Below are positions 9,316-17,788 of a stretch of 64,000 nt of DNA, in pieces (within the stretch, counting starts at the first letter, position 1; every line of letters begins with the position of its first letter). Location: positions 113,112-177,111 of the forward strand of contig JAUSJO010000002.1 of NCBI GenBank assembly GCA_030647205.1. Direction: 5' to 3'. The notes below the pieces were generated by a model. That model saw only the letters and a list, made by a program, of their open reading frames with translations. It did no database searches and was not told where the DNA came from. This DNA is from a bacterium. Its GTDB lineage: Bacteria > Patescibacteriota > CPR2 > UBA1875 > JAJYID01. The position numbers and the translations under genes were made by a program.

Positions 9316-11391
9316 ATGGCAAGGCATAGAAAACCAGGCAGGCCCAAGGGGTCTACAAATAAAGGGAAAAAAGTCGAACCAACACTAAACCCGAAAATAG
9401 TCGGAGAGATAGTTGCGGTTGGGCTTTTTATTGTTGCGGTAATTCTTTTTGCCGGGGCATTTAACTTTGGCGGGAGATGGGCACTGGCCCTCTTTACAAC
9501 TTTTAGAGATATTTTTGGCTTTGTTTCTTACCTTATGCCATTCATCTTTATTGGTGTCGGGGCAGGACTTTTCTTCCCTGAAAGATTTCCGGTCAACAAA
9601 ATCTCTGCATCCGGGTTTGGCCTTTCCATTATATCTCTTTGCGGGATGTCCCAGATAATTTTCAGCGGACTAAAAAAAGACGGTGGCGGAGGGATGCTTG
9701 GCTCGCTGCTGGAAACGCAGATTTTAAAAATATTTAACTCTCCTGTTTCTTTCCTAATATTTACGGCTACCTTGATTATCGGACTTTTACTTGCTACTGA
9801 CACCTCAATCCGAGATCTTTTTGCACTCTTTAGAAATCAAGAAGAAGGCGAGGAGAAGAAGCCGAAAGAACATATTAAGATTCATGAGGGAGTTGCGGTA
9901 GCAAAAAACGTTTCCGATAAATTTAAGCCTGAGCCAAAAGAGCCGGAAGTAATGATGGTTGGTGACGATAAGGACTGGAAACTGCCGTCAGTTGATTTGC
10001 TTGAGGATACGACTACAAAAGCGGATAGCGGAAATGTGACAGAAAATGCAGCTGTCATCCAGGAGACTCTGGGAAAGTTTAACATAGATGTTGCGATGCG
10101 CGACGTAAATGTCGGGCCAACTGTAACGCAGTATACTTTAAAGCCCAGTGATGGAGTAAAGCTTTCAAAAATTACAAATCTTGACCGGGACCTAGCTCTT
10201 TCTCTCGCCGCTCATCCTATCCGTATTGAAGCACCAATTCCTGGGAAGTCTCTTGTCGGGGTTGAAATACCAAATAAAAAGGCAGCTATAGTTAGACTTA
10301 AAAATATTCTTACGAGTGAGACTTTCAAAGGGCGCCGTTCTAAATTATCAGTCGTTTTGGGGCTAGATGTTTCCGGTCATCCGCAGATTGCCGACATAAC
10401 AAGGATGCCACATCTTCTCATCGCCGGTTCTACCGGTTCCGGTAAATCTGTTTCCATAAATGCGTTACTGCTCAGTCTTCTCTATCAGAATTCACCCAAT
10501 GAGCTGAAACTGATACTAGTTGATCCGAAACGAGTGGAACTTTCTTTATATAATGACCTTCCTCATCTTCTCGCTCCAGTTATAGTTGAGCCTGAGAAAA
10601 CTGTGTCGGCGCTGAAGTGGGCGATTATCGAGATGGAAAGAAGGTATCAGCTTCTTCAATCGGCAGGGAAAAGAAACATTGTCGACTTTAACGCCATCAA
10701 AGGCAAGGAAGGCATGCCTTATATCGTAATTGTGATAGATGAGCTGGCTGACATAATGGCTGTAGCATCGAAGGAAGTTGAAGGTTTGATTTGCCGACTG
10801 GCGCAAATGGCTCGTGCCGTTGGTATCCACCTGGTTCTTGCGACACAGCGCCCATCAGTGGACGTTATTACCGGGCTTATCAAGGCGAATATTGTTACCC
10901 GTATAGCTTTCGCCGTAGCTTCTCAGGTTGACTCTCGCACAATTTTGGATCAGTCGGGAGCCGAAAAGCTCCTTGGAAATGGTGACATGCTTTTCACTTC
11001 AGCCGAATTCTCCAAGCCGAAAAGGATACAGGGAACGTTTATTTCAGAAAAAGAAGTCAAATCTGTTACAGACTTCGTTAAGTCAAATGGGAGTCCTGAA
11101 TATAACAAGGAAGTTCTGGAGCAAAAGCTTGGCGGGGTTAAGGGCGGTGACTTTGATGTGCCTGATGACGATCTTTTCCTTGATGCAGTCGACTGTGTGA
11201 TACGCTCAAACAAAGCATCCTCATCGCTTCTTCAGAGACGACTGAGAATTGGCTATGCCAGAGCGGCGCGGTTGCTTGATTTACTGGAAGAGCGCGGAGT
11301 GGTCGGACCGGCAGATGGCTCAAGGCCTAGAGATGTTTTAATCAGTGATATATCAGAGATAATTGACGAAAAAGAAGAAGTGGAGATCTAG
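9316..11391 (+). CDS. ftsK: DNA translocase FtsK/SpoIIIE
   Basis: N-terminal TMs, HLLIAGSTGSGKS, DELAD, ATQRPS, gamma domain LQRRLRIGYARAARL. Confidence 0.97.
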   Translation: MARHRKPGRPKGSTNKGKKVEPTLNPKIVGEIVAVGLFIVAVILFAGAFNFGGRWALALFTTFRDIFGFVSYLMPFIFIGVGAGLFFPERFPVNKISASGFGLSIISLCGMSQIIFSGLKKDGGGGMLGSLLETQILKIFNSPVSFLIFTATLIIGLLLATDTSIRDLFALFRNQEEGEEKKPKEHIKIHEGVAVAKNVSDKFKPEPKEPEVMMVGDDKDWKLPSVDLLEDTTTKADSGNVTENAAVIQETLGKFNIDVAMRDVNVGPTVTQYTLKPSDGVKLSKITNLDRDLALSLAAHPIRIEAPIPGKSLVGVEIPNKKAAIVRLKNILTSETFKGRRSKLSVVLGLDVSGHPQIADITRMPHLLIAGSTGSGKSVSINALLLSLLYQNSPNELKLILVDPKRVELSLYNDLPHLLAPVIVEPEKTVSALKWAIIEMERRYQLLQSAGKRNIVDFNAIKGKEGMPYIVIVIDELADIMAVASKEVEGLICRLAQMARAVGIHLVLATQRPSVDVITGLIKANIVTRIAFAVASQVDSRTILDQSGAEKLLGNGDMLFTSAEFSKPKRIQGTFISEKEVKSVTDFVKSNGSPEYNKEVLEQKLGGVKGGDFDVPDDDLFLDAVDCVIRSNKASSSLLQRRLRIGYARAARLLDLLEERGVVGPADGSRPRDVLISDISEIIDEKEEVEI

Positions 11392-12354
11392 ATGGCGCCT
11401 GCTAAGTTTATAAGGACAACGATTTCCGAAAGGGAATCTCTGGGTGAGAAGCTGGCGAAAAAAAGAAACTCGCTTCATTTAGATGTGAAAGATATTGAGA
11501 AAGCGATAAAGATACCGGCGCGTCATATTAGGAATATTGAAGATGGCAACTACTCAAAGCTTCCGCCTGATGTTTATACGCGAGGATTTATTAAAAACTA
11601 CTCGGCATTTTTGGGGCTAAACTCAAAAAAGACTTTGAGTGATTACGATAAAGAAAGAGGCTTAGAAAAAAGGGTTAAGCTGGTTAAAAATCCAGCACCG
11701 AAAGTTAAGCCGACTCTCAAAAAACCGAGAATGGTTATCACTCCAAAAAGACTCATCCTTATAGGCTCCTCTCTTTTAGTCTTTGCGGTCCTTGTCTTTA
11801 TTGGCTGGCAGATAAAAATTCTGACAGCACCACCGACTCTAAGTGTTAACAGTCCGGCCGACAACTCAAATGTCACTGATGATTATGTTTACGTTGAGGG
11901 TAAGACTGACAGAGAAGCTGATATCTACATCAATGACGTCAAAATCGGTACCGATGATAATGGTATTTTTAAAGAAAGGGTTAGTCTACAGGACGGAGTG
12001 AATATTTTAAATATTAAGGCGAAAAATAAAATGGATAGGGAAACCAGCGTTGAAAGAAAGATATCAGCAAAACTTCCTCTGACAACAGCGACGGTTGACA
12101 GGACTATCTATCCTTTAGAGTTAAAGGTGGTGATAGGACCAAATCCGGCAACAGTACAGATAGTGCGCGATGGAGAAAAGTTGAATGTATCAGGAGTTAT
12201 GCTTGCAGGCTCGACACAAGTTTTTTATGCTAAAAATGACTTTGTAGTCTCAACAAATAATGCCGGCAGCACAAAAGTTACCCTAAATGGCAAAGATATG
12301 GGTCCGATGGGCAAAGAAGGTGAAGCGATTAAAGATAAAAAGTTTAGTAAGTAG
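11392..12354 (+). CDS. rodZ: RodZ-like HTH membrane protein
   Basis: HTH with IEDGNYSKLP..YTRGFIKNY, one TM, Ig-like segment, C-terminal NNAG motif; downstream of ftsK. Confidence 0.8.
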   Translation: MAPAKFIRTTISERESLGEKLAKKRNSLHLDVKDIEKAIKIPARHIRNIEDGNYSKLPPDVYTRGFIKNYSAFLGLNSKKTLSDYDKERGLEKRVKLVKNPAPKVKPTLKKPRMVITPKRLILIGSSLLVFAVLVFIGWQIKILTAPPTLSVNSPADNSNVTDDYVYVEGKTDREADIYINDVKIGTDDNGIFKERVSLQDGVNILNIKAKNKMDRETSVERKISAKLPLTTATVDRTIYPLELKVVIGPNPATVQIVRDGEKLNVSGVMLAGSTQVFYAKNDFVVSTNNAGSTKVTLNGKDMGPMGKEGEAIKDKKFSK

Positions 12355-12363
12355 GAGATAAAA

Positions 12364-12867
12364 ATGGCCAAAGATTTTTCATTTGATATAGAGAGCGACT
12401 TCGACATGATGGAGATGACGAATGCGCTCGATCAAACACAGCGCGAGATCTCTCAAAGATATGACTTTAAAGGGACAGACTCATCTATTGAATTTGACGA
12501 GGATAAAAAAGGATTGCTACTTCTTGGCGACAGCGATTACAAAGTTGACGCCATGATAGATATTATAGAGTCAAAAATGGTCAGCCGCGGGCTGTCACTC
12601 AAAATTTTAGACAAATCTAGTCCGAAAGAGTACGCTTCGGGCGACAGAACCCGCCAGAAAGTTACCTTCAAAAAAGGCATGGATCAGGAGAAGGCAAAAA
12701 AAATTACGAAAAAAATTCGTGAGGTCTATCCGAAAGCTAAAGCGCAAGTTCAGGGAGATACTATCCGGGTTTCCTCGTCCTCAAAAGACGATTTGCAGGG
12801 GGTAATGTCGATGCTAAAAACTGATGAAGCGATCGATATCCCACTTCAGTTCACGAACTATAGATAA
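12364..12867 (+). CDS. yajQ: YajQ family nucleotide-binding protein
   Basis: SFDI, RYDFKG, QGDTIRV..KDDLQ, LQFTNYR. Confidence 0.93.
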   Translation: MAKDFSFDIESDFDMMEMTNALDQTQREISQRYDFKGTDSSIEFDEDKKGLLLLGDSDYKVDAMIDIIESKMVSRGLSLKILDKSSPKEYASGDRTRQKVTFKKGMDQEKAKKITKKIREVYPKAKAQVQGDTIRVSSSSKDDLQGVMSMLKTDEAIDIPLQFTNYR

Positions 12868-12876
12868 TTTGAGACG

Positions 12877-12903
12877 AAAGGGCCCCTACTGGGGGCCCTT
12901 TTT
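12877..12903. terminator. Bidirectional intrinsic terminator
   Basis: AAAGGGCCCC TACTG GGGGCCCTTTTT between convergent genes. Confidence 0.85.
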
Positions 12904-12924
12904 GCTTTGGAGAAAGCAATTTGT

Positions 12925-13101
12925 TTACGTTACAGAAAGATGAATTTCGATTATTCCCTTTTTGACTGCTTCATTTAGGATCTCTTCGGCCACTTCTTTG
13001 GGGAGGTCTACATCAATTGCAGGTACCTTCGGCTTAACATTTTCCTTACTTTTTCTGGTTGGTTTACGGGTTGGCTTGTTGGATTTTTTAGTGCGTGCCA
13101 T
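12925..13101 (-). CDS. Small hypothetical protein (58 aa), basic N-terminus
   Basis: SD GGAGGGG before ATG 13101 (MARTKKSNK...); ends at the terminator. Confidence 0.6.
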   Translation of the reverse strand: MARTKKSNKPTRKPTRKSKENVKPKVPAIDVDLPKEVAEEILNEAVKKGIIEIHLSVT

Positions 13102-13308
13102 TTCCCCTCCTATATTTTCTGCTTTCTCCAAATTGTTTTGTGTACATTGTTCTGCAAATGTTAGGAAAAGCATTTTAGCATAGTTATTTTGCTGAGTCTT
13201 TAGGCAAGAACCCAAATAGGATAGAGAGGCATTGAAATAGCCGTAAAGGACTTGACAGAGAGATAGTTTTATTATAATATATACTAACCTTAATCATGAA
13301 AGCACACG

Positions 13309-14079
13309 TTGGATAGAAGGCAAAACAATTATATAAAGAAAACATATCGGCTGCTCGTCTTCGCGGCATTTTTAAGTGTGGTTGGCTTTGCCTATACTGC
13401 CTACAACGCGCGAAATGATTTAAGAAAACAGAGTGATACTGAGGTAGCAACACCGAAAAAAGAAGTGGTCCAGTCTGATACTCCTCAAGTCAAGGGAGAT
13501 ACGGTTCAGATCAAAGACTCGGCTTCGTTGCCTGTTCCATATACTTTGCAGGGACCTCTCAACAATTTAAATGTTCACGAGGAGTCTTGCGAAGAAGCGG
13601 CGGTTCTGATGTATCATTATTTCCTTGAAGGTCAGCTGACATTTAATGGAAGCACGATTATTACTCCTCAACTTGCCAATGATGAGATGCTCAAAATGAA
13701 GGCATGGCAGGTAAAAAACTATGGCAAAGAGCCTGATCTTTCAATCGAGCAGCTAGGACTTTTTGCTCAGCAATATTACGGTTACAAGTATAAAACTTTC
13801 AAAAATGTTACCAAGGATGATATAAAGCGCGAAATCTCAGCTGGACACCCTGTGTTAGTCCCAGTGATGACACATAGTTTAAAAAATCCGATGTATGGGC
13901 CTCAAACGACGTATCATATTTTGGTAATCAAAGGCTACAATGCTCAAAATGTCATCGCCAATGATGCCGGTATTCGCGGTGAAAGCATCCAGTACTCTTG
14001 GGATACAGTTTTCTCGGCCATTGACGCCCAAACCCCGAAAATGGGACAAGGGCGAGAGATGGTTATTTTGACGAAATAA
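13309..14079 (+). CDS. C39-like cysteine peptidase, membrane-anchored
   Basis: N-terminal TM, ESCEEAA (Cys), YHILVIKGY (His), ND. Confidence 0.82.
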   Translation: MDRRQNNYIKKTYRLLVFAAFLSVVGFAYTAYNARNDLRKQSDTEVATPKKEVVQSDTPQVKGDTVQIKDSASLPVPYTLQGPLNNLNVHEESCEEAAVLMYHYFLEGQLTFNGSTIITPQLANDEMLKMKAWQVKNYGKEPDLSIEQLGLFAQQYYGYKYKTFKNVTKDDIKREISAGHPVLVPVMTHSLKNPMYGPQTTYHILVIKGYNAQNVIANDAGIRGESIQYSWDTVFSAIDAQTPKMGQGREMVILTK

Positions 14080-14083
14080 ATTT

Positions 14084-14109
14084 AAAACCCGACATGCATG
14101 CATGTCGGG
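14084..14109 (-). terminator. Terminator built on a perfect 22-bp palindrome
   Basis: CCCGACATGCATGCATGTCGGG (14088-14109) followed by TTTT on the minus strand. Confidence 0.7.
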
Positions 14110-14317
14110 CCCAATGTCACATCTCCTTTCGTAACACCCCAGCTCTTTAAAACTCCTATAGAGTGAGGCTGAGAATTGGTACTACTTGGTCGATGCAACC
14201 TACAAGTTTTTGTGCTGCAAATGGATAGAGGTTCTGCATAAAGCAATAACGCCTACTAGCTGACGTTTGACATATCCCTCTCCTGATCAGTGGAGATGCA
14301 GTTGTTACTGTAAGAAG

Positions 14318-14346
14318 ATTTTAGCAGATTACGTTTATGATGTCAA
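14318..14346 (-). promoter_or_regulatory. Sigma70-type promoter divergent from lexA
   Basis: Minus strand TTGACA-N17-TAAAAT with extended -10 TG. Confidence 0.7.
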
Positions 14347-14349
14347 CAA

Positions 14350-14475
14350 TTTTGTATACTATTATCTTTTGTAAAGTTAAGCACGATAGTAGTATACAAA
14401 ACATAAAAAACCATTGACCTGTGGATAAGTTATAGTATACACTTATGCTATACAAAATAATTTTAATGTATACTA
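14350..14475. promoter_or_regulatory. lexA promoter region with four TGTATACTA/TAGTATACA motifs (candidate SOS boxes)
   Basis: Motifs at 14350-61, 14390-401, 14433-41 and 14467-75; TTGACC -35 at 14414. Confidence 0.65.
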
Positions 14476-14495
14476 CCTAAAGAAGTGAGGGCAAA

Positions 14496-15134
14496 ATGGC
14501 GAAAGAATTAACTGAAAAACAAAAGAACGTACTGACTTGGATCAAGGAATCCGTTAAGGAAACCGGCGATGCACCAACAGTACGCGAACTACAGGTCAAG
14601 ATTGGCTGTTCTTCACCGATGGGTGTTGTTTCTCACCTTCGAGCGCTTGAGCAAAAGGGTCAGATTCGAAGAATGGGCAACCAGGCTCGTGGAATAGTTG
14701 TTTTGGATGGTCGAAGTATCCGTGAAAGTCATGATAGTGACGTTGTAAATGTGCCTTTGGTTGGTAATGTTGCCTGTGGTATGCCGATATATGCCGAAGA
14801 GTTGATCGAAGATTGGATCCCACTATCTACAAAACTAGTTAAAAGAAGCCAAGACGTTTTTATGTTAACGGCAAAAGGCGACTCTATGGACCAGGCCGGT
14901 ATAGAAGATGGCGACTACATCATTTTTAAAAAGCAAGATACGGCAGAAAATGGGGACAAAGTAGTAGTTTTGATAGGAACAGAAGCAACTGTGAAAAGGT
15001 TGAATACCACAAAAGGAAAAGCTATGTTTGAGCCGATGAGCACAAACAAAGAGCACAAAGTCCTGGTTCCGGAAGAAGGAACATTTATGGTGCAGGGCAA
15101 AGTTGTCGGGGTTATAAAAAATTTTAAAGAGTAA
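14496..15134 (+). CDS. lexA: SOS repressor LexA
   Basis: wHTH PTVREL, cleavage region VPLVGNVACG, catalytic GDSM and ATVK. Confidence 0.93.
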   Translation: MAKELTEKQKNVLTWIKESVKETGDAPTVRELQVKIGCSSPMGVVSHLRALEQKGQIRRMGNQARGIVVLDGRSIRESHDSDVVNVPLVGNVACGMPIYAEELIEDWIPLSTKLVKRSQDVFMLTAKGDSMDQAGIEDGDYIIFKKQDTAENGDKVVVLIGTEATVKRLNTTKGKAMFEPMSTNKEHKVLVPEEGTFMVQGKVVGVIKNFKE

Positions 15135-15149
15135 AGCAAGGAGTGAGTC

Positions 15150-15542
15150 ATGAGAGATTACATCGAAGTACAAATTATCAAAAAAGCGAACGAGTTTTTT
15201 GCACTTGTTCAAGACAGAACAAAAAGAATCAAAAAATATAGTAATTTTCTGGAAGCGATGCGTGAGGATTCGGCAGAAATCATGTCTTTAGTCGCGCTGG
15301 GATATGAGTGTTATAGCGAAAAGGAAAGAATCGAGTGCTATGAAAGAGCGATTAAACTCGCCGAGAATGTTCTCTTCTATGCTCGACTCTTCAGCGAATA
15401 TCAGAGGATAACAGGCGCGAGTTATAAAATGATAAAGTGTCAGGGAGACCTACTTATCAGATTACTTGAAGGATTGATCAAGGTTGAGAAAAAGAACAAG
15501 GTAAGGGGTCAGTATCTGTTTAACTTAAAGTTTGCAAAATAA
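15150..15542 (+). CDS. Probable four-helix-bundle (23S rRNA IVP/Avd-like) protein
   Basis: Size and helical pattern (LIRLLEGLIK C-terminus) resemble the family; divergent. Confidence 0.5.
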   Translation: MRDYIEVQIIKKANEFFALVQDRTKRIKKYSNFLEAMREDSAEIMSLVALGYECYSEKERIECYERAIKLAENVLFYARLFSEYQRITGASYKMIKCQGDLLIRLLEGLIKVEKKNKVRGQYLFNLKFAK

Positions 15543-15582
15543 TTATCAATAAATATTAAAAGAAAAGAGAGGGAACGAAAAA

Positions 15583-16587
15583 ATGACGGACGAGAAATCA
15601 GGTAAAACAGCAGCCATCCAGATGGCGGTAGATCAGATAGAAAAACAGTTTGGTAAGGGTGCCATAATGAAGCTTGGTGATAGAGGAGTACAGAATATTC
15701 AGGTTATACCCACGGGCTCTTTATCGCTAGACATAGCTTTAGGTGTAGGAGGTGTCCCAAGAGGAAGGGTTATAGAGATTTACGGTCCGGAATCAAGCGG
15801 AAAGACAACTCTCGCTTATCATGTAGTTAGTGAAGCTCAAAAAAGAGGTGGAGTAGCAGCATTTGTAGACGCTGAGCATGCCCTAGACCCTGAGTATGCA
15901 AGAAACATTGGCGTAGATATAAACAAGCTGCTAGTTTCTCAGCCAGACACAGCTGAGCAGGCACTCGAGATAACGGAGACATTGGTTCGTTCAAATGCTG
16001 TTGACGTGGTTGTTATAGACTCTGTTGCAGCTCTTGTCCCAAAAAGTGAGATAGAGGGAGAAATGGGGGACTCTCATATGGGTTTACAGGCTAGGCTTAT
16101 GTCACAAGCTCTTCGAAAGCTGACCGGTGCGACATCTAAGTCAAACACAACCCTCATATTCATCAATCAGCTTCGTATGAAGATCGGTGTAATGTTCGGA
16201 AACCCTGAGGTAACAAGTGGCGGAAATGCTTTAAAGTTCTATTCTTCAGTCAGGATTGATATCAGACGAAAGGAACAAATCAAAGATAGCGAAAACGTTA
16301 TTGGTAACCATGTACTTGTGAAGGTAGTAAAGAACAAGGTTGCACCACCATTTCGTTCTGCCGAGTTTGATATCATGTACAACGAAGGTATTTCTAAATA
16401 CGGAGATATATTAGATCTAGCGGTAAAGGACGATTTAATCAAAAAAAGTGGATCTTGGTATGAGCTTAAAGATAAAAAAATTGGCCAAGGACGCGAAGCT
16501 ACAAAACAATTCCTTAAGGATAACACTAAAATCGCAGATGAACTGGAAAAGGTCCTAAGAGCGAAGTATTTTCCGGTAAAAAAATGA
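15583..16587 (+). CDS. recA: Recombinase RecA
   Basis: [29 protein letters not shown]. Confidence 0.99.
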   Translation: MTDEKSGKTAAIQMAVDQIEKQFGKGAIMKLGDRGVQNIQVIPTGSLSLDIALGVGGVPRGRVIEIYGPESSGKTTLAYHVVSEAQKRGGVAAFVDAEHALDPEYARNIGVDINKLLVSQPDTAEQALEITETLVRSNAVDVVVIDSVAALVPKSEIEGEMGDSHMGLQARLMSQALRKLTGATSKSNTTLIFINQLRMKIGVMFGNPEVTSGGNALKFYSSVRIDIRRKEQIKDSENVIGNHVLVKVVKNKVAPPFRSAEFDIMYNEGISKYGDILDLAVKDDLIKKSGSWYELKDKKIGQGREATKQFLKDNTKIADELEKVLRAKYFPVKK

Positions 16588-16624
16588 TAAAGGTATCCCG
16601 TCTCCATTATCCCTTACTCCTCTC

Positions 16625-16978
16625 TGTCATTCCCGCGGAGGCGGGAATCTAGACTATAAAATATGAATTCATACTATGTTTATATGATGGCTAGTGATAG
16701 AAATGGTACCCTTTATATTGGGGTAACATCAAATCTCATAGGAAGGGCATTTGAGCATAAAAATGGCGCGTATGGTGGTTTTACCGCAAAGTATAAAGTA
16801 GATAAGTTAGTTTACTTTGAGGAGACAACAAGTATAGAAGAAGCCATCACGAAAGAAAAACAGCTAAAGAAGTGGAATCGTCAATGGAAAATGAGGCTTA
16901 TTGAGGACTTTAATCCCAAGTGGGAGGATTTATCCTATAACATTGCTTGACTAGATCCCCGCCTCCGCGGGAATGACA
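16625..16978 (+). mobile_element. REP-flanked GIY-YIG element 1
   Basis: 28-bp inverted repeats with 1 mismatch: TGTCATTCCCGCGGAGGCGGGAATCTAG at 16625-52 and 16951-78, tightly bracketing the gene. Confidence 0.8.
16663..16950 (+). CDS. GIY-YIG nuclease (UPF0213/SLX1-like)
   Basis: YYVY..NGTLYIGVT..R..EH..FT.KY.V.KLVYFE..EKQLKKWNRQWK..IE..NP.WEDL. Confidence 0.92.
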   Translation: MNSYYVYMMASDRNGTLYIGVTSNLIGRAFEHKNGAYGGFTAKYKVDKLVYFEETTSIEEAITKEKQLKKWNRQWKMRLIEDFNPKWEDLSYNIA

Positions 16979-16998
16979 ATTTTTAAGGTATCAATATT

Positions 16999-17604
16999 AT
17001 GAAAATAACTAAAATAGAAAAACAAGCCAAACGAGATAGATACAACATCTATCTCGATGGCGTTTATGGATTTTCAGTAGCCAGCCGTGTCCTTATGGAC
17101 TGTTCTTTAAAAGAATATCAGAGTTTAACTGACAAACAGATTGAGGAGATTAAAAACTCTGATGCTGAGTATAAAGCGTATAACCGGGCGATTTTGATTC
17201 TTTCCTACCGGGCGAATACGGAAACTGAGTTACGAAAGAAATTGTTGAAAAATTTTGATGAGCAGAATATAAACAAAGTTATTGTTAAACTTAAAAACCA
17301 GGGGTTTATAAACGATGCAGACTTTGCTGAGAGATATATTGCGCAGAGTAAAAAAGGAAAAAGAATGACTAGCCTTGAGCTTTTGAAAAAAGGAGTTGAT
17401 AAAGAAACGATTAACTCACTGATTTCAGAAAGAGAAGATGAGACAGAGTTCAAGAACGCTCTAAACACGGCTGAAAAAGTGATCAAAAAACATGGGGATA
17501 AGGATTTACAATTTAAGAAACAAAAACTCTACGAGAACTTGGTTCGTAGGGGTTTTGCTTATGACGTTATTAAGTTGGTGATAAAAGAGATTCTAGAGAG
17601 ATAG
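16999..17604 (+). CDS. recX: Regulatory protein RecX
   Basis: KITKIEKQ..RYNIYLD, E.ELR.KL, INDADFA, LVRRGF; downstream of recA. Confidence 0.9.
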   Translation: MKITKIEKQAKRDRYNIYLDGVYGFSVASRVLMDCSLKEYQSLTDKQIEEIKNSDAEYKAYNRAILILSYRANTETELRKKLLKNFDEQNINKVIVKLKNQGFINDADFAERYIAQSKKGKRMTSLELLKKGVDKETINSLISEREDETEFKNALNTAEKVIKKHGDKDLQFKKQKLYENLVRRGFAYDVIKLVIKEILER

Positions 17605-17612
17605 CCCCTAAG

Positions 17613-17638
17613 AAATAAAAAATCCCCGAGATTGGGGA
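17613..17638 (-). terminator. Intrinsic terminator (minus strand)
   Basis: TCCCC/GGGGA stem followed by TTTTTTATTT on the minus strand. Confidence 0.7.
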
Positions 17639-17650
17639 AGTTTTATCATA

Positions 17651-17713
17651 TTATCTTGCGATAATACTGTAGGTGAAGCCAAAGGCTATTACCCACAAAA
17701 ATATTGTCAACAT
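17651..17713 (-). CDS. Unannotated 20-aa hydrophobic peptide MLTIFLWVIAFGFTYSIIAR
   Basis: TTGACA-N17-TATCAT promoter (17773-17745), GAGAGG SD, ORF and terminator, all in order. Confidence 0.6.
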   Translation of the reverse strand: MLTIFLWVIAFGFTYSIIAR

Positions 17714-17788
17714 CAACATCCTCTCTTTTATGACGATGGAAGATATGATACTCGAAACGCTATCCCCTGTCAAGCACTTTTTGGCCAC

